NCBI RefSeq assembly: GCF_008000775.2
Contig: NZ_CP042905.2
Span: forward strand, 2,880,001-2,912,000
Source: Promethearchaeum syntrophicum
GTDB lineage: Archaea; Asgardarchaeota; Lokiarchaeia; Sigyniarchaeales; Promethearchaeaceae
Direction: 5' to 3'
DNA length: 32,000 nt
The translations under genes were made by a program, and so were the position numbers. Below are positions 19,512 through 28,860 of this stretch, piece by piece; the first letter of the stretch is position 1, and the number at the start of each line of letters is the position of its first letter. The notes under the pieces were generated by a model, which saw nothing but the letters and a program-made list of their open reading frames with translations, did not search any database and was not told the DNA's origin.

Positions 19512-20471
19512 TTAAATTACTTTTATTACTACACTTCCTACTTTATGACCCTTGTCTGCATAAGCATGAGCATCTACAATCTTTTCTAAGGGATAAATTT
19601 TATCAATGATTATCTGCAATTTTTTAGATTCTACTAAATCTTTTAGAAGAGTTAAATTTTCACCAGCTTCTGCAATTCCAGTTATTACCTTTTTCTTCCC
19701 TATTTTTGAGGTCCAAAACATTTGAATAAATAGTTTAAAAGAACAAAGAATATTCAAGTAAATTCCATTTTTTGTCAATAATTTTCTACATTTTGAGAAC
19801 GAACTTTTTCCAACTACATCAAATATAAGATTATATTTTTGGTTCTTTTCTTTAGTAAAATTTGCTTTTGTATAGTCAATTACTCTTTTTGCTCCAAGAG
19901 ATCGTACTAAATTCACATTTTTAGTACTACATACTCCAGTGACTTCAGCTCCAAATTGGTTCGCTAATTGAGTTGCAAAAACTCCCACACCACCTGATGC
20001 ACCATTAATGAGTATTGTTTGCCCACTCTGAATTTTTGCGATTCTTTTTAGAAAATGAATTGCTGAAATAAATCCAAAAGTAACGGATGCTCCCTGCTCA
20101 AAGCTCATTGAGTCAGGCATCAATTCCAGCTTAGAATTTTCTGTTGCTATGAAATACTCCGCGTATACACTTTGACCAGTTCCAAAAACTTTATCACCTA
20201 TTTTATATTTTTTAACATCATTTCCTATTTCAACGACTTCACCACTTACTTCAGTTCCTAGAATTTTCTGTTTTGGTTTCCAGAATCCTAACATCATTTT
20301 CGATATAGGCCACAATGGTAATTTTCCACTCCTTGCCCTATAATCCATAGGAGTAACTGAAGTGGCATGTACTTTAATAAGTATTTCATTTTCCTTTATA
20401 ATTGGTTTTTCAATTTCTTCTAATTTTAGAACCTCTGGTGGACCATATTTTGTTCGGATAATTGCTTTCAA
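19512..20471 (-). CDS. NAD(P)-dependent zinc-type alcohol dehydrogenase / quinone oxidoreductase family
   Basis: MKAIIRTKYGPPEVLKLEEIEKP, GTEVSGEVVEIG, ILINGASGGVGVFATQLANQFGAEVTGVCSTKN. Confidence 0.92.
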   Translation of the reverse strand: MKAIIRTKYGPPEVLKLEEIEKPIIKENEILIKVHATSVTPMDYRARSGKLPLWPISKMMLGFWKPKQKILGTEVSGEVVEIGNDVKKYKIGDKVFGTGQSVYAEYFIATENSKLELMPDSMSFEQGASVTFGFISAIHFLKRIAKIQSGQTILINGASGGVGVFATQLANQFGAEVTGVCSTKNVNLVRSLGAKRVIDYTKANFTKEKNQKYNLIFDVVGKSSFSKCRKLLTKNGIYLNILCSFKLFIQMFWTSKIGKKKVITGIAEAGENLTLLKDLVESKKLQIIIDKIYPLEKIVDAHAYADKGHKVGSVVIKVI

Positions 20472-20473
20472 AC

Positions 20474-20935
20474 TTAAATTCCCTCCTTAATTGATTGGTC
20501 ATCAATGTAATTTTCCAATAAACAAGCAGTTTCAAAAACAAATTTTTTACAATTTTTAAAAACGTCTTTCTGGTATGCTTGTTTTATATCTTCCTCATCG
20601 ATCAAATCATGACCAATTAATTCACGACAGATTATTGATCCATTAATTTTCCTGAATTCTTCTATTAATTGAGAAGAAATTTTTGCCAAGTCTTGAATAT
20701 TTCCATTAAATTTGAGACCCAATGACATTAATGCACCTGCTATTGCACCACAAACATTTCCTGTGCCATTTACACCGCCTCCAAATGCAGAAGTTATTTT
20801 CATACAATATTCAAAGTCTAGTTTTTCTTTAGCTAAATATGGACCATACGTTGCAAAAATAGCTTGTGCACAATTCCCTCGTCGGTTTTCCATCATTTCA
20901 TTTACCGAATTTATTAATTTTGATTTATTTTTCAT
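20474..20935 (-). CDS. C_GCAxxG_C_C family (redox-active cysteine) protein
   Basis: GNCAQAIFATYG...AFGGGVNGTGNVCGAIAGALMSLGL, then C at ICRELIG and CKKFVFETACLLE. Confidence 0.85.
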   Translation of the reverse strand: MKNKSKLINSVNEMMENRRGNCAQAIFATYGPYLAKEKLDFEYCMKITSAFGGGVNGTGNVCGAIAGALMSLGLKFNGNIQDLAKISSQLIEEFRKINGSIICRELIGHDLIDEEDIKQAYQKDVFKNCKKFVFETACLLENYIDDQSIKEGI

Positions 20936-21180
20936 ATTTCATACCTGTTTTCTAGTTAGTTTGATGTATCATTTTTTTATATACTATCCATCCGATACTA
21001 TATAATATTACTAAATTATATATGGTATTCCACCTATAAAACGTTTAGTAATCCCAAATTTTGCACTAATTATAACTTGCATAGCATTATTCAATCTCAT
21101 CTAAATCAACAATTTTTTATCAATTAATAATTTTTAATGGTGATTTAAATGTAATTCAATTTTCAATTAAAATCTCTTTT

Positions 21181-21600
21181 TCAAACCTCTTTCTTAACTT
21201 TATATCTTTCATAATCCATTATTTTATCTAAATCAATTAAAGCACCAATTTTCTACGAAATTTTAGCAAATTTTTTGTGAAAAAGAACACAATGTCCGAT
21301 TACTCCGATAAATTCCTTGATATCGACTTTTTATTTGTAGAGAAGAGGATATTTATCCTTTATCCATGAAAAGAGGTTAAAGTAAAAATCTTGTAATGAT
21401 AATAGATTTTCATCTACTAGTTGATCAATTGTTTCAGAATCGATTTCTGGATTCATTTCTTTAGCCTTTTGTTTTAATGGCCCAAAAACATCTTGAATAC
21501 TTGAATTTGTTAGAATATTATCATACTGACCAAGGAATAGTGAATTCTTCTAAAAATTTCATTTCTGCTAATTTTTTTTCAATAGCAGATTGTGCAACTT
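21181..21600 (-). pseudogene. Decayed coding remnant of unknown family
   Basis: Reverse strand: VAQSAIEKKLAEMKFLEE (frame 1), then SLFLGQYDNILTNSSIQDVFGPLKQKAKEMNPEIDSETIDQLVDENLLSLQDFYFNLFSWIKDKYPLLYK*KVDIKEFIGVIGHCVLFHKKFAKIS*KIGALIDLDKIMDYERYKVKKEV* with in-frame stops at 21331-21333 and 21253-21255. Confidence 0.5.
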
Positions 21601-21609
21601 ATGGCCAAT

Positions 21610-22332
21610 TTATTTCGGTAATTGATCTGCAGATATTTTAACTGGTTCATACATTAATAGCGCATCAGATGAAATATCAATCTCATCAACATAGAAAACT
21701 TTCCCTTGAATTTCAGAATTTTCACCAATGTGGACATTTCTGCCTTGAATTTCACCTAATACTTTAATATTATTTATGGAAACTTTCTCTTTTACTGCGA
21801 TATCGCCCATGACTAAGGATCTTTTCGAAAATGGAAGCGTTACGTCATCAGATATCTCAATTATCAAATTCTCTCCAACAATGTTACCCGAGATTTTGCC
21901 ACGCCCTAAAATTTTTATTGTTCCATGTGAAGATACATCACCTTTAACTTTGGTAGAACCTGCAAATAATGCACCTTTTACTGCACGTAGATGATCTTTG
22001 CATTTAAAAGCACCTTCAATATGAATCGAACCGTTGATATTAACACTATCCTTAATGCTCGTCGCACCTTCAATATGAACGTCTTGTTCGCATTTCAACT
22101 TTCCCTTGCATGTAAAAGCACCTTCGCATTTGAAATCACCGTGCAGTACTAAATTACCTTTGGCTCTCAAGAATCCTTCCGTGTGAAGACTATCACATTC
22201 AAAATTTCCACCAATATTACCGAAACCACTGATTTTAATGTCTTGTAGTAATTTACCTGCGGGAATTTTTGCGAAACCATCAAATTGCATAACTCGGGGT
22301 TCAAAATCTGCACTAAATTCTTCATTACTCAT
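21610..22332 (-). CDS. Bactofilin-like / polymer-forming beta-helix protein
   Basis: Short-period repeats ISGFGNIGGNFECDSLHTEGFLRAKGNLVLHGDFKCEGAFTCKGKLKCEQDVHIEGATSIKDSVNINGSIHIEGAFKCKDHL. ORF extends to 22410; MSNEEF at 22332 is the likely start. Confidence 0.7.
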   Translation of the reverse strand: MSNEEFSADFEPRVMQFDGFAKIPAGKLLQDIKISGFGNIGGNFECDSLHTEGFLRAKGNLVLHGDFKCEGAFTCKGKLKCEQDVHIEGATSIKDSVNINGSIHIEGAFKCKDHLRAVKGALFAGSTKVKGDVSSHGTIKILGRGKISGNIVGENLIIEISDDVTLPFSKRSLVMGDIAVKEKVSINNIKVLGEIQGRNVHIGENSEIQGKVFYVDEIDISSDALLMYEPVKISADQLPK

Positions 22333-22419
22333 AATGAAATAATCTATGTTTTCCAACCTTATTAATGATACTAAAATTTCCAGAGTTTGAGAATATTGAT
22401 AATTTGTCATTAAAAATCC

Positions 22420-23052
22420 TTATATAGATTTGATAATTGGTTGACGGAGTATTGTTTTCAACCGTTCTGGTTCCACACGACGAGGATCACTTAAATAAAT
22501 TTCGTGGTGCTTTCCTTCTAATGAATACCCTTTTTCTTCTGCGAATTTATGTATTTTTGCAATAGTTGGAGGTTCATCATCATATGCCCCTAAATACATT
22601 ATTTGAACACAAGTTCCCTCATTATATTTCTCATATCGTAGTTTTGAAAGCAACTTAGGATTTTTGGTTTCCTTTAAGATTTTCATTGCTTTTTTTATTT
22701 GAGAATCTTTGATAAAATCGGGGATTCGAATCATCATAGTCCATTGCCATTTATTTTTATCTTCCATTGACCATTCTTCCATTTTTGGCATATACCATAA
22801 TCCTTCTAATGGAGGAACAACATAATCTTTACTGGGAGATTCTTTTTTAATCACTTTTATCTTCAATGTATATGAAATATTATAAAGAACCTGCACTGCA
22901 TCTTTATATTCTTCCGATGTATTTGGATCACCCACTCCATCTATCATAAAGAACATCATTTCTGGAATTTTGATGATTAGCGGTGTTTTCAAAGATGGTT
23001 TATACAAATCTGGAAACTCCTTTTTATAATCAAGTTTTTTCTTTGCAGGCAT
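22420..23052 (-). CDS. GyrI-like small-molecule-binding domain protein
   Basis: MPAKKKLDYKKEFPDLYKP...PLIIKIPEMMFFMIDGVGDPNTSEEYKDAVQVLYNISYTLK...YVVPPLEGLWY; ORF open to 23118, natural start at 23052. Confidence 0.82.
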   Translation of the reverse strand: MPAKKKLDYKKEFPDLYKPSLKTPLIIKIPEMMFFMIDGVGDPNTSEEYKDAVQVLYNISYTLKIKVIKKESPSKDYVVPPLEGLWYMPKMEEWSMEDKNKWQWTMMIRIPDFIKDSQIKKAMKILKETKNPKLLSKLRYEKYNEGTCVQIMYLGAYDDEPPTIAKIHKFAEEKGYSLEGKHHEIYLSDPRRVEPERLKTILRQPIIKSI

Positions 23053-23165
23053 TTTTATCACTGTTAATACATTCAATCTTAATTTCTTTCTCAATTTAAA
23101 AGTTTTTAGAAAAACCAATAACGTCTTTAATTATAAATTGCTAAAAAAGGAGAATAATTCTTATT

Positions 23166-24542
23166 GTGGTTTCAACTTTGGAAAAAATTCGAATATTGGG
23201 GGAAAATGGAAAATATGATATCTGTGCCAGCACAGCCAGTAGTCGAAGTGAATCTGCCCCCAATCTTTTTGGAAATTCACCAAAATGGATAGGTTCAACA
23301 ATTTCTGCGGGAGTATGCCATTCTTATGCACCCGATGGGAGATGCGTTTCACTTTTTAAAGTGTTGTTCACAAATAAATGCATTTATGATTGTAAATATT
23401 GTTTTAACAATGTATGTAAGAAACGGGTATCGTTTACACCAGAAGAATATGCTCGTACATTTATGAAATTATATTCAATGAATGTTCTTGAGGGTTTATT
23501 TATATCTTCGGGAATTTGTGGAGATGCTGATGAAACTACAAAGCAAATGTTGGAAACGATAAAATTGCTTCGGTTTAAATACAATTTTCGTGGATATATT
23601 CATTTCAAATGCTTACCTGGAACTAGCTATTACCTGTTAAAAGAAGCGGTGCAACTTGCTGATAGAATATCTGTCAATTTAGAAGCCCCCACAAAAGAAA
23701 TTCTTGAAGAAATTGCGGAACAAAAAAACTATAATACAGATATAATCACACGTCAACGATGGTTGAAAGAGATCCGCAATAATCATAACATTAAAGCAAA
23801 TAAAATTATTTCAGAACAACAAGATAATCAACCTCCAAAAAAATTCGGGATCCAACCAGATTTTCCTAAATATGAACTTGATTCACAAAAAATAAATAAG
23901 AAGAAGGATGAATGGGCAGATGAATGGGGAATAGCTCGTAGAAGCACTGGTTATAAAAAAATAAGATGGGACGGAGCAACTATATTAAATTCGGGTCAAA
24001 CAACTCAAATGGTTTTAGGGGCGGGAAGTGAAACTGATTATGACATTTTAAAACGTCTTGATTGGGGGTATCGAGAGATAGATTTACGGCGTGGATATTT
24101 TTCAGCTTTTTCACCAATTAAAGGAACCCCTTTGGAACGGCGTCAAGCAACACCATTAGAAAGAGAACATCGTTTGTATCAAACGGATTGGTTATTACGT
24201 TTGTATCATTTTCCTATCAAAGATATAAAAGGAATTTTAGCGAGGGATGAAAATCTTCCTAAAGGAGACCCAAAAATACATCTTGCGCGAAATTATTTTG
24301 GTGAGAATGGAAAAATTGACCCCAATAAGGCAACTTATGAAGAATTAATACGAGTCCCAGGTATCGGTTTAACCTCTGCAAGAAGAATAATTCGGTTAAG
24401 ACAAGATAATCATTTGATAAAAACACGTTCCCAATTACATTCAATAGGAGTGATTCTCAAGCGAGCTGATCCATTTTTGCGAATAAATGGACATATTCAG
24501 ACCACAATTGATGCTTTTAAATCAATGCAGGTGATTCAATAA
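23166..24542 (+). CDS. Putative DNA modification/repair radical SAM protein with C-terminal helix-hairpin-helix
   Basis: KYDICASTASSR..., CIYDCKYCFNN CxxxCxxC radical SAM motif, GLFISSGICGDADETTKQMLE, C-terminal YEELIRVPGIGLTSARRIIRLRQ HhH. GTG start. Confidence 0.85.
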   Translation: MVSTLEKIRILGENGKYDICASTASSRSESAPNLFGNSPKWIGSTISAGVCHSYAPDGRCVSLFKVLFTNKCIYDCKYCFNNVCKKRVSFTPEEYARTFMKLYSMNVLEGLFISSGICGDADETTKQMLETIKLLRFKYNFRGYIHFKCLPGTSYYLLKEAVQLADRISVNLEAPTKEILEEIAEQKNYNTDIITRQRWLKEIRNNHNIKANKIISEQQDNQPPKKFGIQPDFPKYELDSQKINKKKDEWADEWGIARRSTGYKKIRWDGATILNSGQTTQMVLGAGSETDYDILKRLDWGYREIDLRRGYFSAFSPIKGTPLERRQATPLEREHRLYQTDWLLRLYHFPIKDIKGILARDENLPKGDPKIHLARNYFGENGKIDPNKATYEELIRVPGIGLTSARRIIRLRQDNHLIKTRSQLHSIGVILKRADPFLRINGHIQTTIDAFKSMQVIQ

Positions 24543-24544
24543 AA

Positions 24545-25207
24545 ATGAATGAATTATCGAAAAAGAAGAAAAACGCGCGTTTGTTTGGTTTTTCTAAAGA
24601 GGAAATGCTAGAAAATCTTATCCGACATTCCAATTGCAATCGAAATTTGCTTAAAAAAGTCCAAAATACCTCCGAATCGCTTTTAAGGAATAAAGGGTCT
24701 CCATTTGCGAGAAAAATTTATCGAATGTTACATGAAATTTTTCGTGAACTCGAAAGAAATCGCCAATTTACTCGAACTACTCTCAATAATCATGGGGTTC
24801 TTTATGGGAAAATTTCACTTTCCCATCAAAGCGAGGAGGATCTGCTTAAATATTTCCATAATCGTTTTCCTAATTGTGTTATCTGCCTATATAACATAGT
24901 CAAAAATGAAACTATAACAATGAATGAACAAGGGAGATTCCAAAAATTTCAAGAGAATTTGGATGAATGTGTTCAAAAAATCAGTATGAATAGAAAAAAT
25001 ACTCCATATTTTGAGGATATAACTATGAATAATGAAGAATTTTTCCAAGAATTTTATTCTTCTCAATTTATTGAAAGTAGGGAGAATCGGAAATATTTTA
25101 AAAAAATGATTCCGAAATATGCAATGGAAATGCCCGGGATGAAAGGTGGAGTTGAAAATAGATTTAGAAATCATCAATTAGATAAATATATTAAAAAGAA
25201 TAAGTAA
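24545..25207 (+). CDS. Divergent DUF4130-like partner of the radical SAM protein
   Basis: FARKIYRMLHEIFRELERNRQFTRTTLNNHGVLYGKISLSHQSEEDLLKYFHNRFPNCVICLYN and FFQEFYSSQFIESRENRKYFKKMIPKYAMEMP echo the DUF4130 core (V...I..E......F.R......LY..I...H.....L..HF..RFP) and its C-terminus; begins 2 nt after the radical SAM stop. Confidence 0.6.
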   Translation: MNELSKKKKNARLFGFSKEEMLENLIRHSNCNRNLLKKVQNTSESLLRNKGSPFARKIYRMLHEIFRELERNRQFTRTTLNNHGVLYGKISLSHQSEEDLLKYFHNRFPNCVICLYNIVKNETITMNEQGRFQKFQENLDECVQKISMNRKNTPYFEDITMNNEEFFQEFYSSQFIESRENRKYFKKMIPKYAMEMPGMKGGVENRFRNHQLDKYIKKNK

Positions 25208-25217
25208 TAACATACGT

Positions 25218-26117
25218 ATGAAGAAAAAAAAGTCAGACGGTTTAATAGGAGAACAAAAAAATTTAGACAAAGATATTAGAAAAACTTTATCAGGAAACTT
25301 TCTAGAACTTGAAAATGGTACTGTTCATTATCAAATTGGAGGATCTACTGAAGGAGAACCTATAGTCTTAGTGCCCGGTTTTTCTGCTCCCATGTTTATC
25401 TGGGATCCTACATACAATTATCTTATTAAGCAGGGATTTCGCGTTTTACGCTATGATTTGTTTGGTAGGGGGTTATCTGATCGCCCGAAAATCAAATATA
25501 CTGAAGAACTTTTTGATCGTCAACTGCATCAACTCATTGAAAAACTTCAATTTTATAAACATAATAGAAAGATCACTGTAATCGGACTTTCATTGGGAGG
25601 GATAATAACCGTAAATTTTACAGACAATCACCCAGAATTTGTAAAAAGATTAGTATTAATCGATCCTGCAGGATTTCCGACTGGAAAGAAACTCATCCCC
25701 GGAATAATGAAAATTCCTTTTTTAAATAAGATAATATTCAAATATTTTGGATCTAAACGTTTGGTTTCAAAATTGTCTAATGATTTCTTACATCCTGAGA
25801 AATTTCCACAGTTTATTATAAGTTACAAAGAACAAATGCAATATCGAGGGTTTTTACGCGCGATATTATCAACAATGCTCAAAATTGATATGGAATCAGC
25901 TCAATCCACCTATGAAAGAGTCGGAAAAACCAATATCCCAATTCTACTTATTTGGGGAGAATTAGATGAAACAATTCCATATCACGTTCACCAACAAGTT
26001 CGCGATGCAATTCCCCAGATTGAATTCTATTCAATACAAAAAGCTAAACATCTTCCACATTATGAACAATCAGATCAAGTAAATGAAATTTTATTAAAAT
26101 TTTTACGAAAGAATTAG
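25218..26117 (+). CDS. Alpha/beta hydrolase
   Basis: PIVLVPGFSAPMFIWDPTYNYL, VIGLSLGGIITVNFTDNHPEFVKRLVLIDPAG, ILLIWGELDETIPYHV. Confidence 0.93.
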   Translation: MKKKKSDGLIGEQKNLDKDIRKTLSGNFLELENGTVHYQIGGSTEGEPIVLVPGFSAPMFIWDPTYNYLIKQGFRVLRYDLFGRGLSDRPKIKYTEELFDRQLHQLIEKLQFYKHNRKITVIGLSLGGIITVNFTDNHPEFVKRLVLIDPAGFPTGKKLIPGIMKIPFLNKIIFKYFGSKRLVSKLSNDFLHPEKFPQFIISYKEQMQYRGFLRAILSTMLKIDMESAQSTYERVGKTNIPILLIWGELDETIPYHVHQQVRDAIPQIEFYSIQKAKHLPHYEQSDQVNEILLKFLRKN

Positions 26118-26163
26118 AACATAGTGGTAAAAACTTTTTTTGACCAGATTCTAATAGAAGTTT

Positions 26164-26808
26164 ATGGTTAAAATTACTTGGATCGGACATGCTAGTTTTA
26201 TGCTCGAATCGGCTGGAAAACGGGTATATATTGACCCATACCAACTTACTGAAGAATATAAAAAATTACCTGCTGATGCGATATTCATTACGCACGATCA
26301 TGGTGATCATTTCGATGAAAATTCCGTTAAGTTAATTTTTAATAAGGAAACTAAGGTTGTGTGCCCCGTAACTTGCAATGGACCAATAGAGAAATTTCAA
26401 GCGAAAGGATTTAGCCCTGGTGGGAAAGGGTCTGCAAGAGGATTTGAATTTCAAGCAATTCGTGCCTACAATCCAGAAAAGAGATTTCATCCAAAATCAA
26501 ATAACTGGCTGGGTTATATAATAAACATAGAAAATCATCAAATTATGCATGCAGGTGATACGGATTATATTCCGGAATATGAGGATCTCAAAGGAAAGGT
26601 AGATATTGCATTATTACCTGTAGGAGACAACTATACGATGGATTTTAATGACGGAATTAAAACGATCGCAGCCATAAATCCTCAATATGTAATCCCAATG
26701 CATCTATGGGATAAAGATCCGAATGAATTTAAAATAATGTCTGAAAAAAAATATCCAAAAACCGAAATCATTATTTTAAGTGAAACTGACAATGTATTTG
26801 AACGATAA
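26164..26808 (+). CDS. Metallo-beta-lactamase-fold hydrolase (UlaG/UPF0173-like)
   Basis: ITWIGHASFMLESAGKRVYIDPY...IFITHDHGDHFDENSVKLI, HAGDTDYIPEY, MHLWDKDP. Confidence 0.9.
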   Translation: MVKITWIGHASFMLESAGKRVYIDPYQLTEEYKKLPADAIFITHDHGDHFDENSVKLIFNKETKVVCPVTCNGPIEKFQAKGFSPGGKGSARGFEFQAIRAYNPEKRFHPKSNNWLGYIINIENHQIMHAGDTDYIPEYEDLKGKVDIALLPVGDNYTMDFNDGIKTIAAINPQYVIPMHLWDKDPNEFKIMSEKKYPKTEIIILSETDNVFER

Positions 26809-26865
26809 ATTTTTTGTTTTATTTTTCCTTATTTAAAATTAACTATAAAACTGATTTGAAAAGCA

Positions 26866-27897
26866 TTGAAATTAGGCTCGATTGAACTTCCAACTGATTT
26901 ATTACTAGCACCTCTAATGGATGTAACTACTCCTAGCTTTAGACAACTAATATGTGATCTGGGGGGAGTTGGTTTAGTTGTTACCCCTATGGTATTTGTA
27001 CAACAAATTGCATTAGCCCCAAAAACGGTCTTACCTCATTTAGAGCACATTGAAAATCAGTCACCAGCTTCTGTACAAATCGTTGCAAGCGGTCGAAATG
27101 AAGAACACATTAAAAAAGCTATAGATTTTTTAAGCTCTTTTCAATTTGACATTCTTGATATTAATGGGGGGTGTCCAGCAACACATACTATGAAAAGTGG
27201 TGGTGGTGGAGCACTTCTTAGAGATTACCTTAGAGAGGGGAGTATAAGCCGATTTCAGAAAATTATTGAGGCTGCAATTAAATATTCTTCCAGACCTGTT
27301 TCAGTAAAAACTCGATTGGGTTATGAAAAAGAAGAAGAAATCCTTGAGATCTGCAAGATGATTGAAAAATCTGGAGCAGAATTTCTAACAATACATGGAA
27401 GGACAGTAAAGCAAAAATATCAGAGTGAAATTAATTTTGAATTTATTAAACAAGTAAAAAATACAGTTGAAATCCCCGTAGTAGGTAATGGTGATGTAGT
27501 AGATTATGAATCTTATAAAAATATGAAGGATAGAACTGGATGCGATGCAGTCATGATAGGTCGAGCGGTAATGGCAGATCCATTAGTTTTTAATAAAATT
27601 TGGCAACAGCAGAAATCTTCTAAAAATGATTTTAATTTACCTCCCTTCACCGAACGTCATAGTATTGAAAAAATTCGTCAATATTTACTAAAAAATCATC
27701 AGTTTATTGAATCATCTTCTCAATTTTGGAATACAGAGCGCTTTAAATTAGCAGAAATGCGACGTTTAGCAATTTGGTTCATTAAGGGAATTCGAGGGTA
27801 TAAAAAAGTAAGAGAAAGACTTTCCAAATTTAATGATATTCATGAATTGAAATCGTATATCTTTAGTAAATCTTTTGAAGAAGACTTCGTTCTATAA
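26866..27897 (+). CDS. tRNA-dihydrouridine synthase family protein
   Basis: LAPLMDVTTPSFRQL, DINGGCPA...GGGGALL, VKTRLGYE, LTIHGRT, NGDVVDY, DAVMIGRAVMADPLVF. Confidence 0.9.
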   Translation: MKLGSIELPTDLLLAPLMDVTTPSFRQLICDLGGVGLVVTPMVFVQQIALAPKTVLPHLEHIENQSPASVQIVASGRNEEHIKKAIDFLSSFQFDILDINGGCPATHTMKSGGGGALLRDYLREGSISRFQKIIEAAIKYSSRPVSVKTRLGYEKEEEILEICKMIEKSGAEFLTIHGRTVKQKYQSEINFEFIKQVKNTVEIPVVGNGDVVDYESYKNMKDRTGCDAVMIGRAVMADPLVFNKIWQQQKSSKNDFNLPPFTERHSIEKIRQYLLKNHQFIESSSQFWNTERFKLAEMRRLAIWFIKGIRGYKKVRERLSKFNDIHELKSYIFSKSFEEDFVL

Positions 27898-27901
27898 ATT
27901 A

Positions 27902-28807
27902 TTATTTTTTCCTTGTGTCTTTTAATATTAATTCCATAGAGCGAAATAAGGTATGAATTAATTCAGGCTGAATAGAACTGAAGGTAGCTTTTATATTCAG
28001 ATCTTTCTCTAAAATTTGTTTCACTTTGAGAATACTATCTTTATCTGGGTCTGAAAGTAAGTCGATCTTATGGCAAAAAGCATAAATTTTTGAATTGGGA
28101 GGGGAAATTACTTCTTTTGTCGAAATTATTTTTTTAAGATTATCTATGACTTTTTCCGACTGTTCTTTCCAATTGATTACATCAAAAACATAAATTATGA
28201 TATCAGACCCTTCAAAAGCTCTTAATTGTTCCTCATTTCCATCCGATACATATGAATCGAACTCTTGACCACTGGAATCAACAATTCCGATACTTGCATT
28301 AAACCAGGAATATATAAAATGGACTAAACCTCTAGTCGGCTCAGGAGATGAATCGCCCAACAATTCTTTTGGATCTTCTTTATCAAAAATTGATTTCTTT
28401 ATGCTAGTTTTACCAGCAGAAGGAAATCCAATAAATAATAATTTCTTAGCTTCACTTTCACTAAAAAATTGGCGCGCAAAAACTTCAAATTTTGCATATC
28501 TCTCTTGTTTGTTATTCTGGTAAAAATTTTCTATATTATTCAGAATAAAATCGATAAATTCTTTTTTCTGTGGAACTTCGTTTGGTGAAAGAATTAACGC
28601 AATAATTTCATTTGATTGATGTAAATCGATTTCTTGTGATAATATCAAAACAAGCTTATCTCCGTAATTATATTCTAAAATCTCATTCAATTTAGCTCCA
28701 GATTGCATGAAGAATTGTGTTATTTTATGTATTAACCCCCGTGAAATTTTAAACGATTTCGGATAAGAACTTTTTATTTCGCTTTTTATATCGAATTCTT
28801 CAGACAT
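27902..28807 (-). CDS. Rag/Gtr-like (Ras superfamily) small GTPase with about 110-aa N-terminal extension
   Basis: G1 GFPSAGKTS; switch/G3 NASIGIVDSSGQE; DIIIYVFDV; G4-like KIYAFCHKIDLL; this pattern resembles RagA/Gtr1 (IYVFDV, HKMDL). Confidence 0.75.
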   Translation of the reverse strand: MSEEFDIKSEIKSSYPKSFKISRGLIHKITQFFMQSGAKLNEILEYNYGDKLVLILSQEIDLHQSNEIIALILSPNEVPQKKEFIDFILNNIENFYQNNKQERYAKFEVFARQFFSESEAKKLLFIGFPSAGKTSIKKSIFDKEDPKELLGDSSPEPTRGLVHFIYSWFNASIGIVDSSGQEFDSYVSDGNEEQLRAFEGSDIIIYVFDVINWKEQSEKVIDNLKKIISTKEVISPPNSKIYAFCHKIDLLSDPDKDSILKVKQILEKDLNIKATFSSIQPELIHTLFRSMELILKDTRKK

Positions 28808-28860
28808 AGAATTTTCAAGTAATACTGCTCCTAATGGTATTTTTATCCCTCCATAATTTT

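Noticed and set aside
24887-25177. 96-aa minus-strand ORF opposite the DUF4130-like gene
   Set aside because: Antisense to a CDS with better family evidence; no motif of its own.
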